Source of the DNA: Blastocatellia bacterium
GTDB taxonomy: Bacteria; Acidobacteriota; Blastocatellia; RBC074
Reading direction: 5' to 3'
DNA length: 35,599 nucleotides
Assembly: GCA_031423535.1 (NCBI GenBank)
Contig: JANPFS010001334.1
Span: 1 to 35,599 of the forward strand
Part shown: positions 1 through 9,281 of the stretch, piece by piece
Layout: each line of letters starts with the position of its first letter
Numbering within the stretch: the stretch's first letter is position 1
Position numbers and translations under genes: made by a program
Notes under the pieces: generated by a model
Told to the model about the DNA's origin: nothing
Database searches by the model: none
The model's input: only the letters and a program-made list of their open reading frames with translations

Positions 1-92
1 TGAAAGCGGCGGGCAATTTCCGCCCGCGTATGTTCCCCTTGCGCGACCGCCGCCACCACTCGTTCTCTTAACTCTTTGGGATATGCTTTCAT
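1..92 (-). CDS. IS630-family transposase, N-terminal HTH (partial, runs off window start)
   Basis: Manual translation of the minus strand from ATG at 92 gives MKAYPKELRERVVAAVAQGEHTRAEIARRF, matching the MKAYSxDLRERV start of IS630-type transposases. Not in the ORF track. Confidence 0.85.
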   Translation of the reverse strand, partial: MKAYPKELRERVVAAVAQGEHTRAEIARRF

Positions 93-138
93 GGGCTTGA
101 TTCTACACTAGGGGCGCACGCACTTGAAAACCGCTATA
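1..138 (-). mobile_element. Left end of an IS630-family element inserted at a TA
   Basis: The minus strand reads TA-TAGCGGTTTTCAAG from 138 inward, ~45 bp upstream of the transposase ATG. The OLD-nuclease frame resumes at this TA. Confidence 0.7.
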
Positions 139-1780
139 TTACGATAACAACACACAGATCACCCTGAGCGTCAGCGAAGGCTCAGTTCTCAAATTCCTGG
201 CAGAAGATTCGACTTTAAGCTCGGATGCAGTTACCGCGCTAAAAAAGGCTGCGACAGTACGAGTGATCCCAGAAGCATTAAAAGGCATAAATCTGACTGA
301 GAACGATAAGACCTTCCTTACTGCTATAGAGGCGCGTATTGCCAAGTCCACTTGGTCTTCCGTTGTAGAGTGGGAAGTAGGGTCTTGGCTGGCAGCCAGA
401 ATCCCGAAGTTTGTTTACTTCAGTGAATACGAATTACTACCAAGTAAGATGAATCTGCTTGACTTGGCGCAGCGGGTTGAGCAAGCAAAAACTGAACCAA
501 AACATCTCAAGCCTGAGCATCGTTCCGTATTAGCATTACTGCGGATGGCAGACATTTCGATAGCTGATTTCACAACCCCAGGAGGAGACGAAACCCTCAA
601 AGCCAAAATTGAAGGGGTCTCAATCGGGTTGACCGATCAGATCATGGAATTTTGGAAACAGAATGAAGACCTCGAAGTGGAGATAGATATTAAGCCAGAT
701 GCCGAAGACGAGCCTCCGTACAACAATGGCCCCAATTTATATCTTCGTATCAAGAACCGACGTCATCGGGGCGTCAGTACAGACTTTCGGCAACGGAGTC
801 GAGGGTTCATCTGGTTTTTCAGCTTCTTGGTGTGGTTTGATAATGTACAACACCAGCTTGAAGCAAAAGAGAGTTCACCACATGAACTCATTCTTCTTCT
901 CGATGAACCAGGGCTTAATCTGCACGCTCTCGCGCAACAAGATTTCCTGCGCTACATAGATAATTTATCGCAGCGCCATCAGGTGTTATACACGACGCAT
1001 TCGCCCTTTTTGATTCATTCAGATCGTTTGCATCAAGTGCGCACGGTTGAAGACCAGGATCGCGTTGGCACTGTTATATCGGAAAATGTTTCTGGTTCAG
1101 ATCCGCGAACAATTTTCCCCTTGCAAGCAGCGCTTGGCTGGACGATTGCCCAAAACCTTTTCATCGCGGAACGCAATCTGCTCGTGGAAGGGCCATCCGA
1201 CCTCATTTATCTAAAAACGGTTTCCTCTTTGCTTGAATCAAAGGGGAAAGTTGGTTTGCAAGAAAATATAACGATTGTCCCGACAGGCGGGCTGGATAAG
1301 GTCGCCACATTTGTCGCGTTGCTTGGTGCAAACGGATTGAAGCTCGCGATACTGCATGACTTTCGAGGCGCTCCTGAACAGAAACTGATGGATTTGGTGA
1401 AAGAGAAGATGATCTCATTCAAAGCGGTACTGAATGCTTCCCAATACCGAGACCTGAAGAATCTTGGTAACAATGGCCAAGCATCGGATACCGAAGACCT
1501 ATTTGCAGTTTCCCTCTACCTTGATTATTTCAACAAGGCTTTTGCCAAGTTGCTCAATGGAACGGTCGTTACTGAACAGAGCCTTCCTCCGGGTGATCGG
1601 ATTATTGGTCGCCTTGAAAAGTTTCTCAGTCAGAACGGAATTCAGCTCCGACCAAGCGGCGGTTTTAATCATTATGCAGTGGCCTCTTATTTTGCCAGCC
1701 ACCCGCCAACGAAGCTGGACGCAGATACCCTCAAGCGGTTTGAAGCAATATTTGAAAGGGTCAACTCACTATTGGGATAA
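137..1780 (+). pseudogene. OLD-family ATP-dependent endonuclease (ABC ATPase + TOPRIM), 5'-truncated by IS630
   Basis: ABC signature-like RSRGF, Walker B/D-loop LLLLDEPGLNLH, H-loop YTTHSP, TOPRIM LLVEGPSD and DTEDL. Walker A is absent. The frame is open back to the IS junction (YYDNNTQITL...). Confidence 0.8.
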
Positions 1781-1862
1781 CCATCGGAAGTCCCGTGAGG
1801 AAGGCATTTTTTCTTCTTTTCGTGAAGCAGGATTTCTTTTCGTGGGGCGAGTGGTAGTTCCA

Positions 1863-2297
1863 TCAAATCGAAATCCGTTCCACGATATTGCGCGTCACGC
1901 GCCGCCGCCGCCGATCATAAATACGCGTCGTCGTCGGGCTAGCGTGTCCAGCCAGATATTGCACATCTTCCAAGGGCACATTCTGATTGAGCAAATCGGT
2001 GACGACGGTGACGCGGAAACTATGCGGGCTGAAAAGCTCCGGCAGACCGGCATTTTTCAATCTACGCTTGAGCATCTGGCGCATCGAGTGCGCGACATAG
2101 AGAGCATTGGTGAGCGCCTTGCGTTTCCCCTCCGCCGCCCGAAAGAAAGGCAAGACCTTCGAGGCTTCTTCCCTCCCCGCCGCCGCAATGTACTCGTTCA
2201 GCCACCCTTCCAGATCATGCCGCACGGGAATCTCCCTTTCCCTACCGCCCTTCTCCCGGAAACGCAATACCCGCTGTTCCCCCAGATTTCGGTAATC
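1863..2297 (-). pseudogene. Tyrosine recombinase/integrase C-terminal remnant
   Basis: EKGGREREIPV, HSFR, LAGHASPTTTRIY (catalytic K, H-x-x-R, H, Y). The first catalytic Arg and the N-terminal domain are missing; recognisable sequence stops near DYRNLG at 2297. Confidence 0.85.
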
Positions 2298-2487
2298 GGG
2301 GTAGTGTTACGAGACAGCACCAGACGGATCTTTAACTGTTCCGTGAATTGTGCCAGTGGTGGTTTGTGCCCAGCGATGGTTATCAAACACAGCACACAAT
2401 CCCTAAGCCCCAAGTACACTTCCAAAACTGCCATACTCCCCCTCAAGCCCATCAGCCCTCTGCTACCTTCTGGTTCAGGAGGAATAT

Positions 2488-2607
2488 ATGAGTGAACGAA
2501 CCAATGCTGTTATTATTCTTGTGATTCTGGAAATCGCCACCCTGTGCATTTTGGGGCTTTATCAAGTGATTTCTATTTTTAAAGCCTTCCTTGCAGTGTG
2601 GAGCTAA
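2488..2607 (+). CDS. Putative 39-aa single-pass membrane peptide
   Basis: AGGAGG RBS before the ATG; MSERTNAVIILVILEIATLCILGLYQVISIFKAFLAVWS. Below the ORF-track cutoff. Confidence 0.5.
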   Translation: MSERTNAVIILVILEIATLCILGLYQVISIFKAFLAVWS

Positions 2608-2616
2608 GAGAGGGAA

Positions 2617-2742
2617 ATGAACGACAAAGAAAAAGAAAACCGACAACTGACAGTCTACCCTCTGCATGCCTGTCTATTCTTCATCATTCTCGCAGCCTTG
2701 TACTTCTGGTTTGGTAAATTACTCCTTGCGCGGCTGAGCTGA
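2617..2742 (+). CDS. Putative 41-aa single-pass membrane peptide
   Basis: GAGAGGG RBS directly after the upstream stop; MNDKEKENRQLTVYPLHACLFFIILAALYFWFGKLLLARLS. Confidence 0.5.
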   Translation: MNDKEKENRQLTVYPLHACLFFIILAALYFWFGKLLLARLS

Positions 2743-3063
2743 ACTTCAAAAAAATCAGTGTACAAGCTTCCACAATTCACCCCACTTTGCTTTTGTAGTA
2801 ATCTTCGTTCGTCGCTGTGCGCAAGCATTGCCGGAAAGAATCGGGGGACTCTTTCTGTTCCCAACAATACTACCGAAAAAGGAAGCACAGCGGCAAAACC
2901 AAAACCTCAGAATGGAGGAATATCATGTTACAAGCCTTTGCCAAACAGTTGGGACTAGCCTTGGAAATGTTTGATCATAACTTTGCTTGCGAATCGTTTC
3001 CAGGGGGTTGCACTGGCTTAATTCCTAGCTACCTTCACTGCCAACACGATTAGGAGATCACAA

Positions 3064-4203
3064 ATGAATGGTTTCAGGCCGACTCAGAAGACGATTGTTC
3101 CGAAGATTAACTCTGCCCGAAGGGCATTCAGCAAGATAGCTTTGGCCGGTGCAATGGGAGGGACTGCGTTACTCACTTCTGCACGGACAAGCGCCGCAGA
3201 AGTGCATAAGAACGCACCAGGCATCAAAGTCTGCGTGCAGTCGCCAGCCATCCCCACCGACGACGATCTGCTGTTCATCAAGCAACTTGGAGTGGAATAT
3301 GTGAGTGTCGGTTCAACGCCAGAGCTGCGCACTGCTGTAGGATTCCTCCAGATCAAGCAGCGTTACGCGGCGGCAGGCATCACGGTGTGGAACATCGGGA
3401 ACACGGATGTTCATAACATGCCGGAAGTCACGCTGAACTTGCCGGGGCGCGACGAGAAGATCGAGGGATACAAGCAGTACCTGCGGAATCTGGCGAAGGC
3501 GGGCATCCATCACACAACCTACGCGCACATGGGCAACGGAATTTGGAGCAGCGAGCGTTCAGAGTCGCGCGGAGCTTCCGCGCGAGCCTTTGACCAAGCC
3601 AGCCCAGAGAAGCGGGGTGTTTGGGCCGGGAAGACTTGGAGCGAACCGCTCTCGCACGGGCGTGTCTTCACCGAAAAAGAGATTTGGGACAACTACACCT
3701 ACTTCATCAAACGGGTCGCGCCGGTGGCCGAAGAACTGGGCGTGATGATCGGCATTCATCCAGACGATCCGCCCGTGCCGATGCTGGCTGGCGTTCCGCG
3801 GTGCATCTTCAGCAACTTCGAGGGGTATAAGCGGGCGATGGAAATTGCTAACAGTCCGAACGTGGGAATTTGCCTATGTTGTGGGACGTGGCTTGAGGGC
3901 GGGCGCAAACTGACGGGCAAAGACCCGGAAGAGATGATCCATTATTTCGGTGCCAAGAAAATCTGGAAGATTCACTTCCGCAACGTTAGCGCACCGCTCC
4001 CACACTTTGTCGAGACCTTCATGGACAACGGATATTACGACATGTACAAGATCATGAAAGCGCTACGGAAGGTTAACTTCGACGGCATCGTCATCCTCGA
4101 TCACAGCCCGACAATGGTCGGCGGCAGATATGCGCAAATCGCTTACGGCGTCGCGTACATGAAAGCGCTGCTCAAGCGGGCGAACGATGAGATTAGAGGG
4201 TAG
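3064..4203 (+). CDS. uxuA: Mannonate dehydratase (UxuA) family protein with twin-arginine signal
   Basis: IHPDDPP, IWDNYTYFIKRVAPVAEE, IHFRNV, ETFMDNG and DHSP motifs; N-terminal SARRAFSK plus hydrophobic stretch; AGGAG RBS. Confidence 0.8.
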   Translation: MNGFRPTQKTIVPKINSARRAFSKIALAGAMGGTALLTSARTSAAEVHKNAPGIKVCVQSPAIPTDDDLLFIKQLGVEYVSVGSTPELRTAVGFLQIKQRYAAAGITVWNIGNTDVHNMPEVTLNLPGRDEKIEGYKQYLRNLAKAGIHHTTYAHMGNGIWSSERSESRGASARAFDQASPEKRGVWAGKTWSEPLSHGRVFTEKEIWDNYTYFIKRVAPVAEELGVMIGIHPDDPPVPMLAGVPRCIFSNFEGYKRAMEIANSPNVGICLCCGTWLEGGRKLTGKDPEEMIHYFGAKKIWKIHFRNVSAPLPHFVETFMDNGYYDMYKIMKALRKVNFDGIVILDHSPTMVGGRYAQIAYGVAYMKALLKRANDEIRG

Positions 4204-4224
4204 AGGAAATCGCCTCCTGATACT

Positions 4225-4435
4225 TGGGGTAAAACCCAACAAAGGGGTGAAAACTCTCATAGCATTTTGTGTAAGTGTATGCCTAGCAGATATTTAAGTT
4301 GATTTGTCGCCGCCCGAAAATCAGTGCCTTGAAGGGTCAGAAAACGGGAAGTCCAACATGGGTCTAAGCGCATATGATCAACAGTTACGAAAAAGTCCGT
4401 GAGACTTTTCGTCCCGTTGATGGGTTTTACCCACA
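4225..4435. mobile_element. ~210-bp non-coding element with ~22-bp imperfect terminal inverted repeats (MITE-like)
   Basis: Left TGGGGTAAAACCCAACAAAGGG versus right (reverse complement) TGTGGGTAAAACCCATCAACGGG; 12-bp perfect core. Confidence 0.55.
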
Positions 4436-4702
4436 ATTTCGCTAATTTCGCTTGTTTCTTTTACCGGTACCGAAAATCATGCTAATTTCATTTCGACTTA
4501 TTATTAACCCTCTACTTTAACTGTTAGCTCTTTGGCTAGCACTTTACATTCGAGGAGGGGTGCTGGTGTTGTGCGCCGCTTCTTCTACACACTCCTGGAA
4601 AGGCGGCTGGTTCGGGCCTTGACGGCGTACTGTTGTGGCGCGGAACGTTCGCATCGACTATCCGCCGCCGCACATGCGTTTCGGACGGTTTGATAGGAAG
4701 CT

Positions 4703-6358
4703 ATGGTAGTGCAATATTTTCTGACGTTTTGGCTGGTGGCAAATAGTGCGTTGGCCCCGGCCGCGTTTATCGATGCCACGGCGACGTCAAAGATCGGCTT
4801 CGTGTTTGAAGCCAGCAAAACCCCGGCCAAATACTTGATCGAAGCGATGGGCGGCGGAGTGGCGATGCTTGACGCCGACGGCGACGGCAAGCTCGATCTT
4901 TTCTTTGTCAATGGTGCGGCATTAAAGGTCGGCATGAACGCAAAGAATCGTGCGGACAAGAGCGATGCGAGGTATTGGAATCGGCTCTATCGCAATCAGG
5001 GCGATGGGACTTTCGCGGATATAACGGAGAAGGCCGGACTGCGCGGCGATGGTTATGGGCAGGGCGCGGCGGTGGGCGATTGCGATAACGACGGGCGCGC
5101 GGACTTATTTGTGACTGCGTTGGGCGGCAATGCTTTGTACCGCAATCAAGGCGGCGCTGTCTTTGAGGACGTAACGGCGAAGGCGGGTGTGGCGGGCGGC
5201 GGATGGTCAACGAGCGCGGGCTTTATTGACTATGATCGCGATGGGAATCTGGACCTATTTGTCGCGCGGTATTTGGATTGGAATTTTGGCAAGAATAAGC
5301 GCTGCGGCGGTGCCGGCTCGGCCTTGCAGGCGTACTGCCACCCCAATGAATATAAGCCCGTGACGCATTTGCTCTACCGCGGCTTGGGCGGCTGCCGGTT
5401 TCAAGAGGTGAGCGAGAAGGCGGGTATTGCAAAGGCTCCGGGCAAGGGCTTGGGTGTGGCGTTTCAGGATGTGGATCGCGATGGCTGGCCGGATATTTTC
5501 GTGGCGAATGATAGCTTTCCGCAGCAACTGTTCCGCAATCGGCGAGACGGAACTTTTGAAGAGGTCGCGCTGGAGGTAGGCGCGGCTTACGATGAGGATG
5601 GCAAGGTGTTCGCGGGTATGGGCGTGGACTTGGCGGACTACGACAATGACGGATTGCCGGATGTCTTTGTGAATGCGCTGGCGAATCAGGGCTATGGGTT
5701 ATTTCGGAATAGTAAGGGACTCTTGGAATATGTTTCAGGTGCGAGCGGTTTGACTGCCGTGAGTAAGATGCACTCCGGTTGGGGCGCGCGATTTCTGGAT
5801 TATGACAACGATGGTTGGAAAGACATCTTTGTCGCGCAGGGGCATGTGATGGACAACATCGAACTCACTCAACCGGGGATTGGTTACCGCGAAACGCCGT
5901 TACTGCTGCGCAATGTGGGCGGTAAGTTCTCAGATGTTTCGGCCAAGGCGGGCGCGCCTTTTTTGACTGCCATGGCCGGGCGCGGCGCGGCTTTTGGCGA
6001 TCTCAATAACGATGGCGCGGTGGATGTCGTGGTATCGGATGTAAGCGGCGCGCCACGAGTGTTTCGTAATGGCGCGACGGCGAACGGCTGGCTGCTGATC
6101 GACACAGTCGGCACGAAGAGCAATCGCGATGGTATCGGAGCTTCGATACGGATTGTTATGGCTTCGGGAAGCGAGCAGTTTGGCTTCGTTTCCACCGCGG
6201 GCAGCTATTTGTCGGCGCATGACAAGCGCGTGCACTTTGGATTGGGGCGTGAGCGTCAGGTGAAGTTGCTGGAGATTCGCTGGCCAAGTGGCGTGGTGCA
6301 GACCTGGAAGAACGTGACCGCAAATCAGATTTTTGTAGCAAAGGAAGCGGCGCAATGA
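4703..6358 (+). CDS. CRTAC1-family protein (FG-GAP/VCBS repeats + ASPIC/UnbV domain)
   Basis: Repeated DxDxDGxxDLFV motifs, C-terminal SYLSAHDKRVHFGLG...EIRWPSG, signal peptide. Confidence 0.92.
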   Translation: MVVQYFLTFWLVANSALAPAAFIDATATSKIGFVFEASKTPAKYLIEAMGGGVAMLDADGDGKLDLFFVNGAALKVGMNAKNRADKSDARYWNRLYRNQGDGTFADITEKAGLRGDGYGQGAAVGDCDNDGRADLFVTALGGNALYRNQGGAVFEDVTAKAGVAGGGWSTSAGFIDYDRDGNLDLFVARYLDWNFGKNKRCGGAGSALQAYCHPNEYKPVTHLLYRGLGGCRFQEVSEKAGIAKAPGKGLGVAFQDVDRDGWPDIFVANDSFPQQLFRNRRDGTFEEVALEVGAAYDEDGKVFAGMGVDLADYDNDGLPDVFVNALANQGYGLFRNSKGLLEYVSGASGLTAVSKMHSGWGARFLDYDNDGWKDIFVAQGHVMDNIELTQPGIGYRETPLLLRNVGGKFSDVSAKAGAPFLTAMAGRGAAFGDLNNDGAVDVVVSDVSGAPRVFRNGATANGWLLIDTVGTKSNRDGIGASIRIVMASGSEQFGFVSTAGSYLSAHDKRVHFGLGRERQVKLLEIRWPSGVVQTWKNVTANQIFVAKEAAQ

Positions 6359-8040
6359 AGATGTTGTTCTTGATCGCACTGGCGGTTTCGGCGGCCACTG
6401 GGCCCTTTTTCGTGGACGAGGCATTGCGGGCGGGCTTGAAGGACATATTCGTTTGCGGGGACGAGCATCAGAAGAACTACATTGTCGAGACGTTGGGTAC
6501 GGGCGTGGCCTTTCTGGATTTCGATAACGATGGCTTCTTGGATATTTTCGCTGTGACGGCGTCGAAGCTGGATGGCTTTGCCCCGGGCACAGAGCCTGTC
6601 AATCGCCTCTATCGCAACAAGGGCGACCGCACGTTTGAGGACGTCAGTAAGAAGGCCGGTGTGGCCAGGGCCGGTTGGGGACAGGGCGTTTGCACAGGCG
6701 ACATTGACAACGACGGATTCGTGGATCTCTACGTCACTTACTGGGGCGCGGATGTGATGTACCGCAATCGCGGCAATGGGACGTTTGAGGAAGTGACGCC
6801 GTCCGGCATTGGGTCGCGCTGGGGCACGGCCTGCGCGTTCGTTGATTATGACCGCGACGGCAAGCTGGATCTAATGGTGGCGAACTATGTGGACTTCGAT
6901 TTGAAGCACACTCCGCGGCCGGATGGGCCGAACCCATGCCGCTGGAAAGACGAGAAGGTGATGTGCGGTCCGCAGGGGTTGAAGCCAGGGCTGAACCGGC
7001 TTTGGCATAATGAATCAACGCCCGGGAAGATTCGCTTTCTAGATGTATCGAAGACGGCTGGGATTGAGATGCCTGGGCCGCGCTACGGACTGTCGGTGAC
7101 CACGCTCGACTTTGATCGCGATGGTTGGACCGACATCTATGTAGCAGTTGATTCGCAGGCAAGTCTGCTCTATCACAACAAGCGCGATGGGACATTCGAA
7201 GAGACGGCGCTCGAAAGCGGAGTCGCGTTGAGCGAGGACGGGCGCGAGCAGGCGGGGATGGGCACGGCGGCGGCTGATTACGACGGCGACGGCTGGCCGG
7301 ACCTGGTGAAGACGAACTTCATTGACGACCTGCCGAACCTCTATCACAACAATCGTGATGGGAGTTTTTCAGAAAGTACGCTACAGGCAGGCTTGGGTAA
7401 ATACTCACAGTTTCTCGGTTGGGGCGCGGGCTTTGTTGATTACGATAATGACGGGTGGCCGGACATTTTCATGGTGAATGGCCATGTCTATCAAGGCCTG
7501 AAGTCGGGCGAGTATCGCCAGCGGCGCATCCTCTATCGTAATGGCGGTGGGGGGAAGTTCAGCGATGTGTCGCTTGAAGCAGGCGCGGCGGTGATGGAGA
7601 AGACCTCGGCGCGTGGCCTGGCGGTCGGCGACTACGACAATGACGGGCGCCCCGACCTCTTAATTAGCAACATGAATGAACGCCTGAGCCTGCTGCACAA
7701 CACGCTGAGAACCGGTAATTCGATCACGCTGAAGCTGGTCGGGCAGAAGTCGAACCGCAGCGCTATAGGCGCCGTCGCCCGCGTGACGATCGGCAAGCGA
7801 ACGCTGACTGGCGAGGTGCGGTCCGGCTCGACGTTTATGTCGCAGAGCGATTTTCGATTGCACTTTGGGTTGGGCGTTGCGAGCGCAGCCGGGGCGGTGG
7901 AAGTACAATGGCCGGGCGGGGCGTTGGAGAAAATTGGCACGCTTCCAGCCGGACAGGTCGTCACGATCACGGAAGGAAAGGGCGTGACTGGAAGGACGCC
8001 CTACGCCGGCGGAAAAAATCCAGAGGTTTCACCAAAATGA
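6355..8040 (+). CDS. CRTAC1-family protein (FG-GAP repeats + ASPIC/UnbV domain)
   Basis: DYDNDGWPDI repeats, FMSQSDFRLHFGLG...VQWPGG, signal peptide; ATGA overlap with the upstream gene. Confidence 0.92.
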   Translation: MKMLFLIALAVSAATGPFFVDEALRAGLKDIFVCGDEHQKNYIVETLGTGVAFLDFDNDGFLDIFAVTASKLDGFAPGTEPVNRLYRNKGDRTFEDVSKKAGVARAGWGQGVCTGDIDNDGFVDLYVTYWGADVMYRNRGNGTFEEVTPSGIGSRWGTACAFVDYDRDGKLDLMVANYVDFDLKHTPRPDGPNPCRWKDEKVMCGPQGLKPGLNRLWHNESTPGKIRFLDVSKTAGIEMPGPRYGLSVTTLDFDRDGWTDIYVAVDSQASLLYHNKRDGTFEETALESGVALSEDGREQAGMGTAAADYDGDGWPDLVKTNFIDDLPNLYHNNRDGSFSESTLQAGLGKYSQFLGWGAGFVDYDNDGWPDIFMVNGHVYQGLKSGEYRQRRILYRNGGGGKFSDVSLEAGAAVMEKTSARGLAVGDYDNDGRPDLLISNMNERLSLLHNTLRTGNSITLKLVGQKSNRSAIGAVARVTIGKRTLTGEVRSGSTFMSQSDFRLHFGLGVASAAGAVEVQWPGGALEKIGTLPAGQVVTITEGKGVTGRTPYAGGKNPEVSPK

Positions 8041-9281
8041 TCACGCTGTTATTGGCTTTTGCGTTGGCCCAGACGGCTCCGGATTGCGGAAAGCTCTTCA
8101 ACACTGGGCTTCAGGAATACCAACGCAAGGATCTAAGCCAGGCGCTCATTGCCTTTCGCGCGGCGGTGGAGTGTGATCCAAAGTTGGTACAGGCTCACCT
8201 GGCAATCGCCAACATATATGCTGAGCGCGGAAATGATGGCGAAGCATTGGCGGCATTATTGCAGGCGTTGCAGATCGAGCCAAAGAACGTCCTGGCCTTA
8301 CGCGCAGCGTCTAATCTTTACTTACAAAACGGCCTGCACATCAAAGCTTTGCCGTTGCTGGAGACGCTGGTAACGGTGACTCCGAAGGCCGCCGATGCAC
8401 ATGCGGACCTGGCGGCGGTCTATGCGGCAAGCGGCAATCGCCAAGGCGCGGAGACGGAGTTCCGGCGCGCGTTGGAATTGCAAGCGGATTACTTCCCGGC
8501 CTTGGCCGGCCTGGGCAATTTGCTGGCGCGGGCGGGCGATGACGCAGCCGCGATGCCGCTGTTGAGGAAGGCTACGCAATTGCTGCCGCGCGCTTATGAG
8601 GGACACTTCCTGCTGGGTTCCGCGCTGAATCGTTTAGGACAATTTGAAGAGGCGCGGACGGAGCTAGAGCAGGCATCGAAGCTGGGTGGGGAGAACGAGC
8701 CGCAGGTCTTCTATCAACTTGCGCGAGCGTGGGGCGGGTTGGGCAAGGCACCTGAGCGCAGGGCGGCTTTGGCGAGGTTTTCCGAGTTGACGAAGAAAGA
8801 AAAAGACAACACCGAGTTGCAGCGCAAGGCAGCGGCTTGGATTGACGAAGCGCGTGTACTGTTGCAAGCGGGCGACTTGGAGAACGCCGCCGCACGCCTG
8901 GAGTTGGCGAGGGAGGTGAAGCCGGGCGACGCCACGTTGCTCTTCCGCTTGGCGGGTTTGAACTTCGACTTGCAACGTTACGATGCCGCGCGTGAATATG
9001 TGCAGGCGGCCATCAGCATCAGCCCGGCGACGTGGCTCTACCACTATCTGCTGGGCTTGGTGGAGCGGAGCACGAACCATCTGACTGATGCCAGGGCGAG
9101 CCTGGAAACGGCGGCCAAACTACAGACGACCGAGGCACCCGTCTTCAATGCATTGGGCGAGGTGTTGATGCAGCTAGGTGAGCGCCAAGCCGCGATTGCG
9201 GCTTTTGAAAAAGCAGTGAAGCTTGCGCCAGGCGACGCAATCTTCCGACAGAACCTGGAGTCCGCCAGACTTAAGCAATAA
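8037..9281 (+). CDS. Exported tetratricopeptide repeat protein
   Basis: Many TPR-like units (AHLAIANIY, AHADLAAVY, GHFLLGSAL, VFNALGEVL). Start moved to ATG 8037 (ATGA overlap, signal peptide MITLLLAFALA). Confidence 0.9.
   Translation: MITLLLAFALAQTAPDCGKLFNTGLQEYQRKDLSQALIAFRAAVECDPKLVQAHLAIANIYAERGNDGEALAALLQALQIEPKNVLALRAASNLYLQNGLHIKALPLLETLVTVTPKAADAHADLAAVYAASGNRQGAETEFRRALELQADYFPALAGLGNLLARAGDDAAAMPLLRKATQLLPRAYEGHFLLGSALNRLGQFEEARTELEQASKLGGENEPQVFYQLARAWGGLGKAPERRAALARFSELTKKEKDNTELQRKAAAWIDEARVLLQAGDLENAAARLELAREVKPGDATLLFRLAGLNFDLQRYDAAREYVQAAISISPATWLYHYLLGLVERSTNHLTDARASLETAAKLQTTEAPVFNALGEVLMQLGERQAAIAAFEKAVKLAPGDAIFRQNLESARLKQ

Noticed and set aside
1464-2495. 343-aa plus-strand ORF
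   Set aside because: It overlaps the OLD gene out of frame and the integrase remnant antisense, crosses a junction, and has no recognisable motif.
2925-3053. 42-aa ORF MLQAFAKQLGLALEMF... with GGAGG RBS
   Set aside because: It may be a truncated gene start, but it is too short to assign.
7908-8036. N-terminal extension of the TPR ORF
   Set aside because: It overlaps the upstream gene; ATG 8037 gives a coupled start and a signal peptide.
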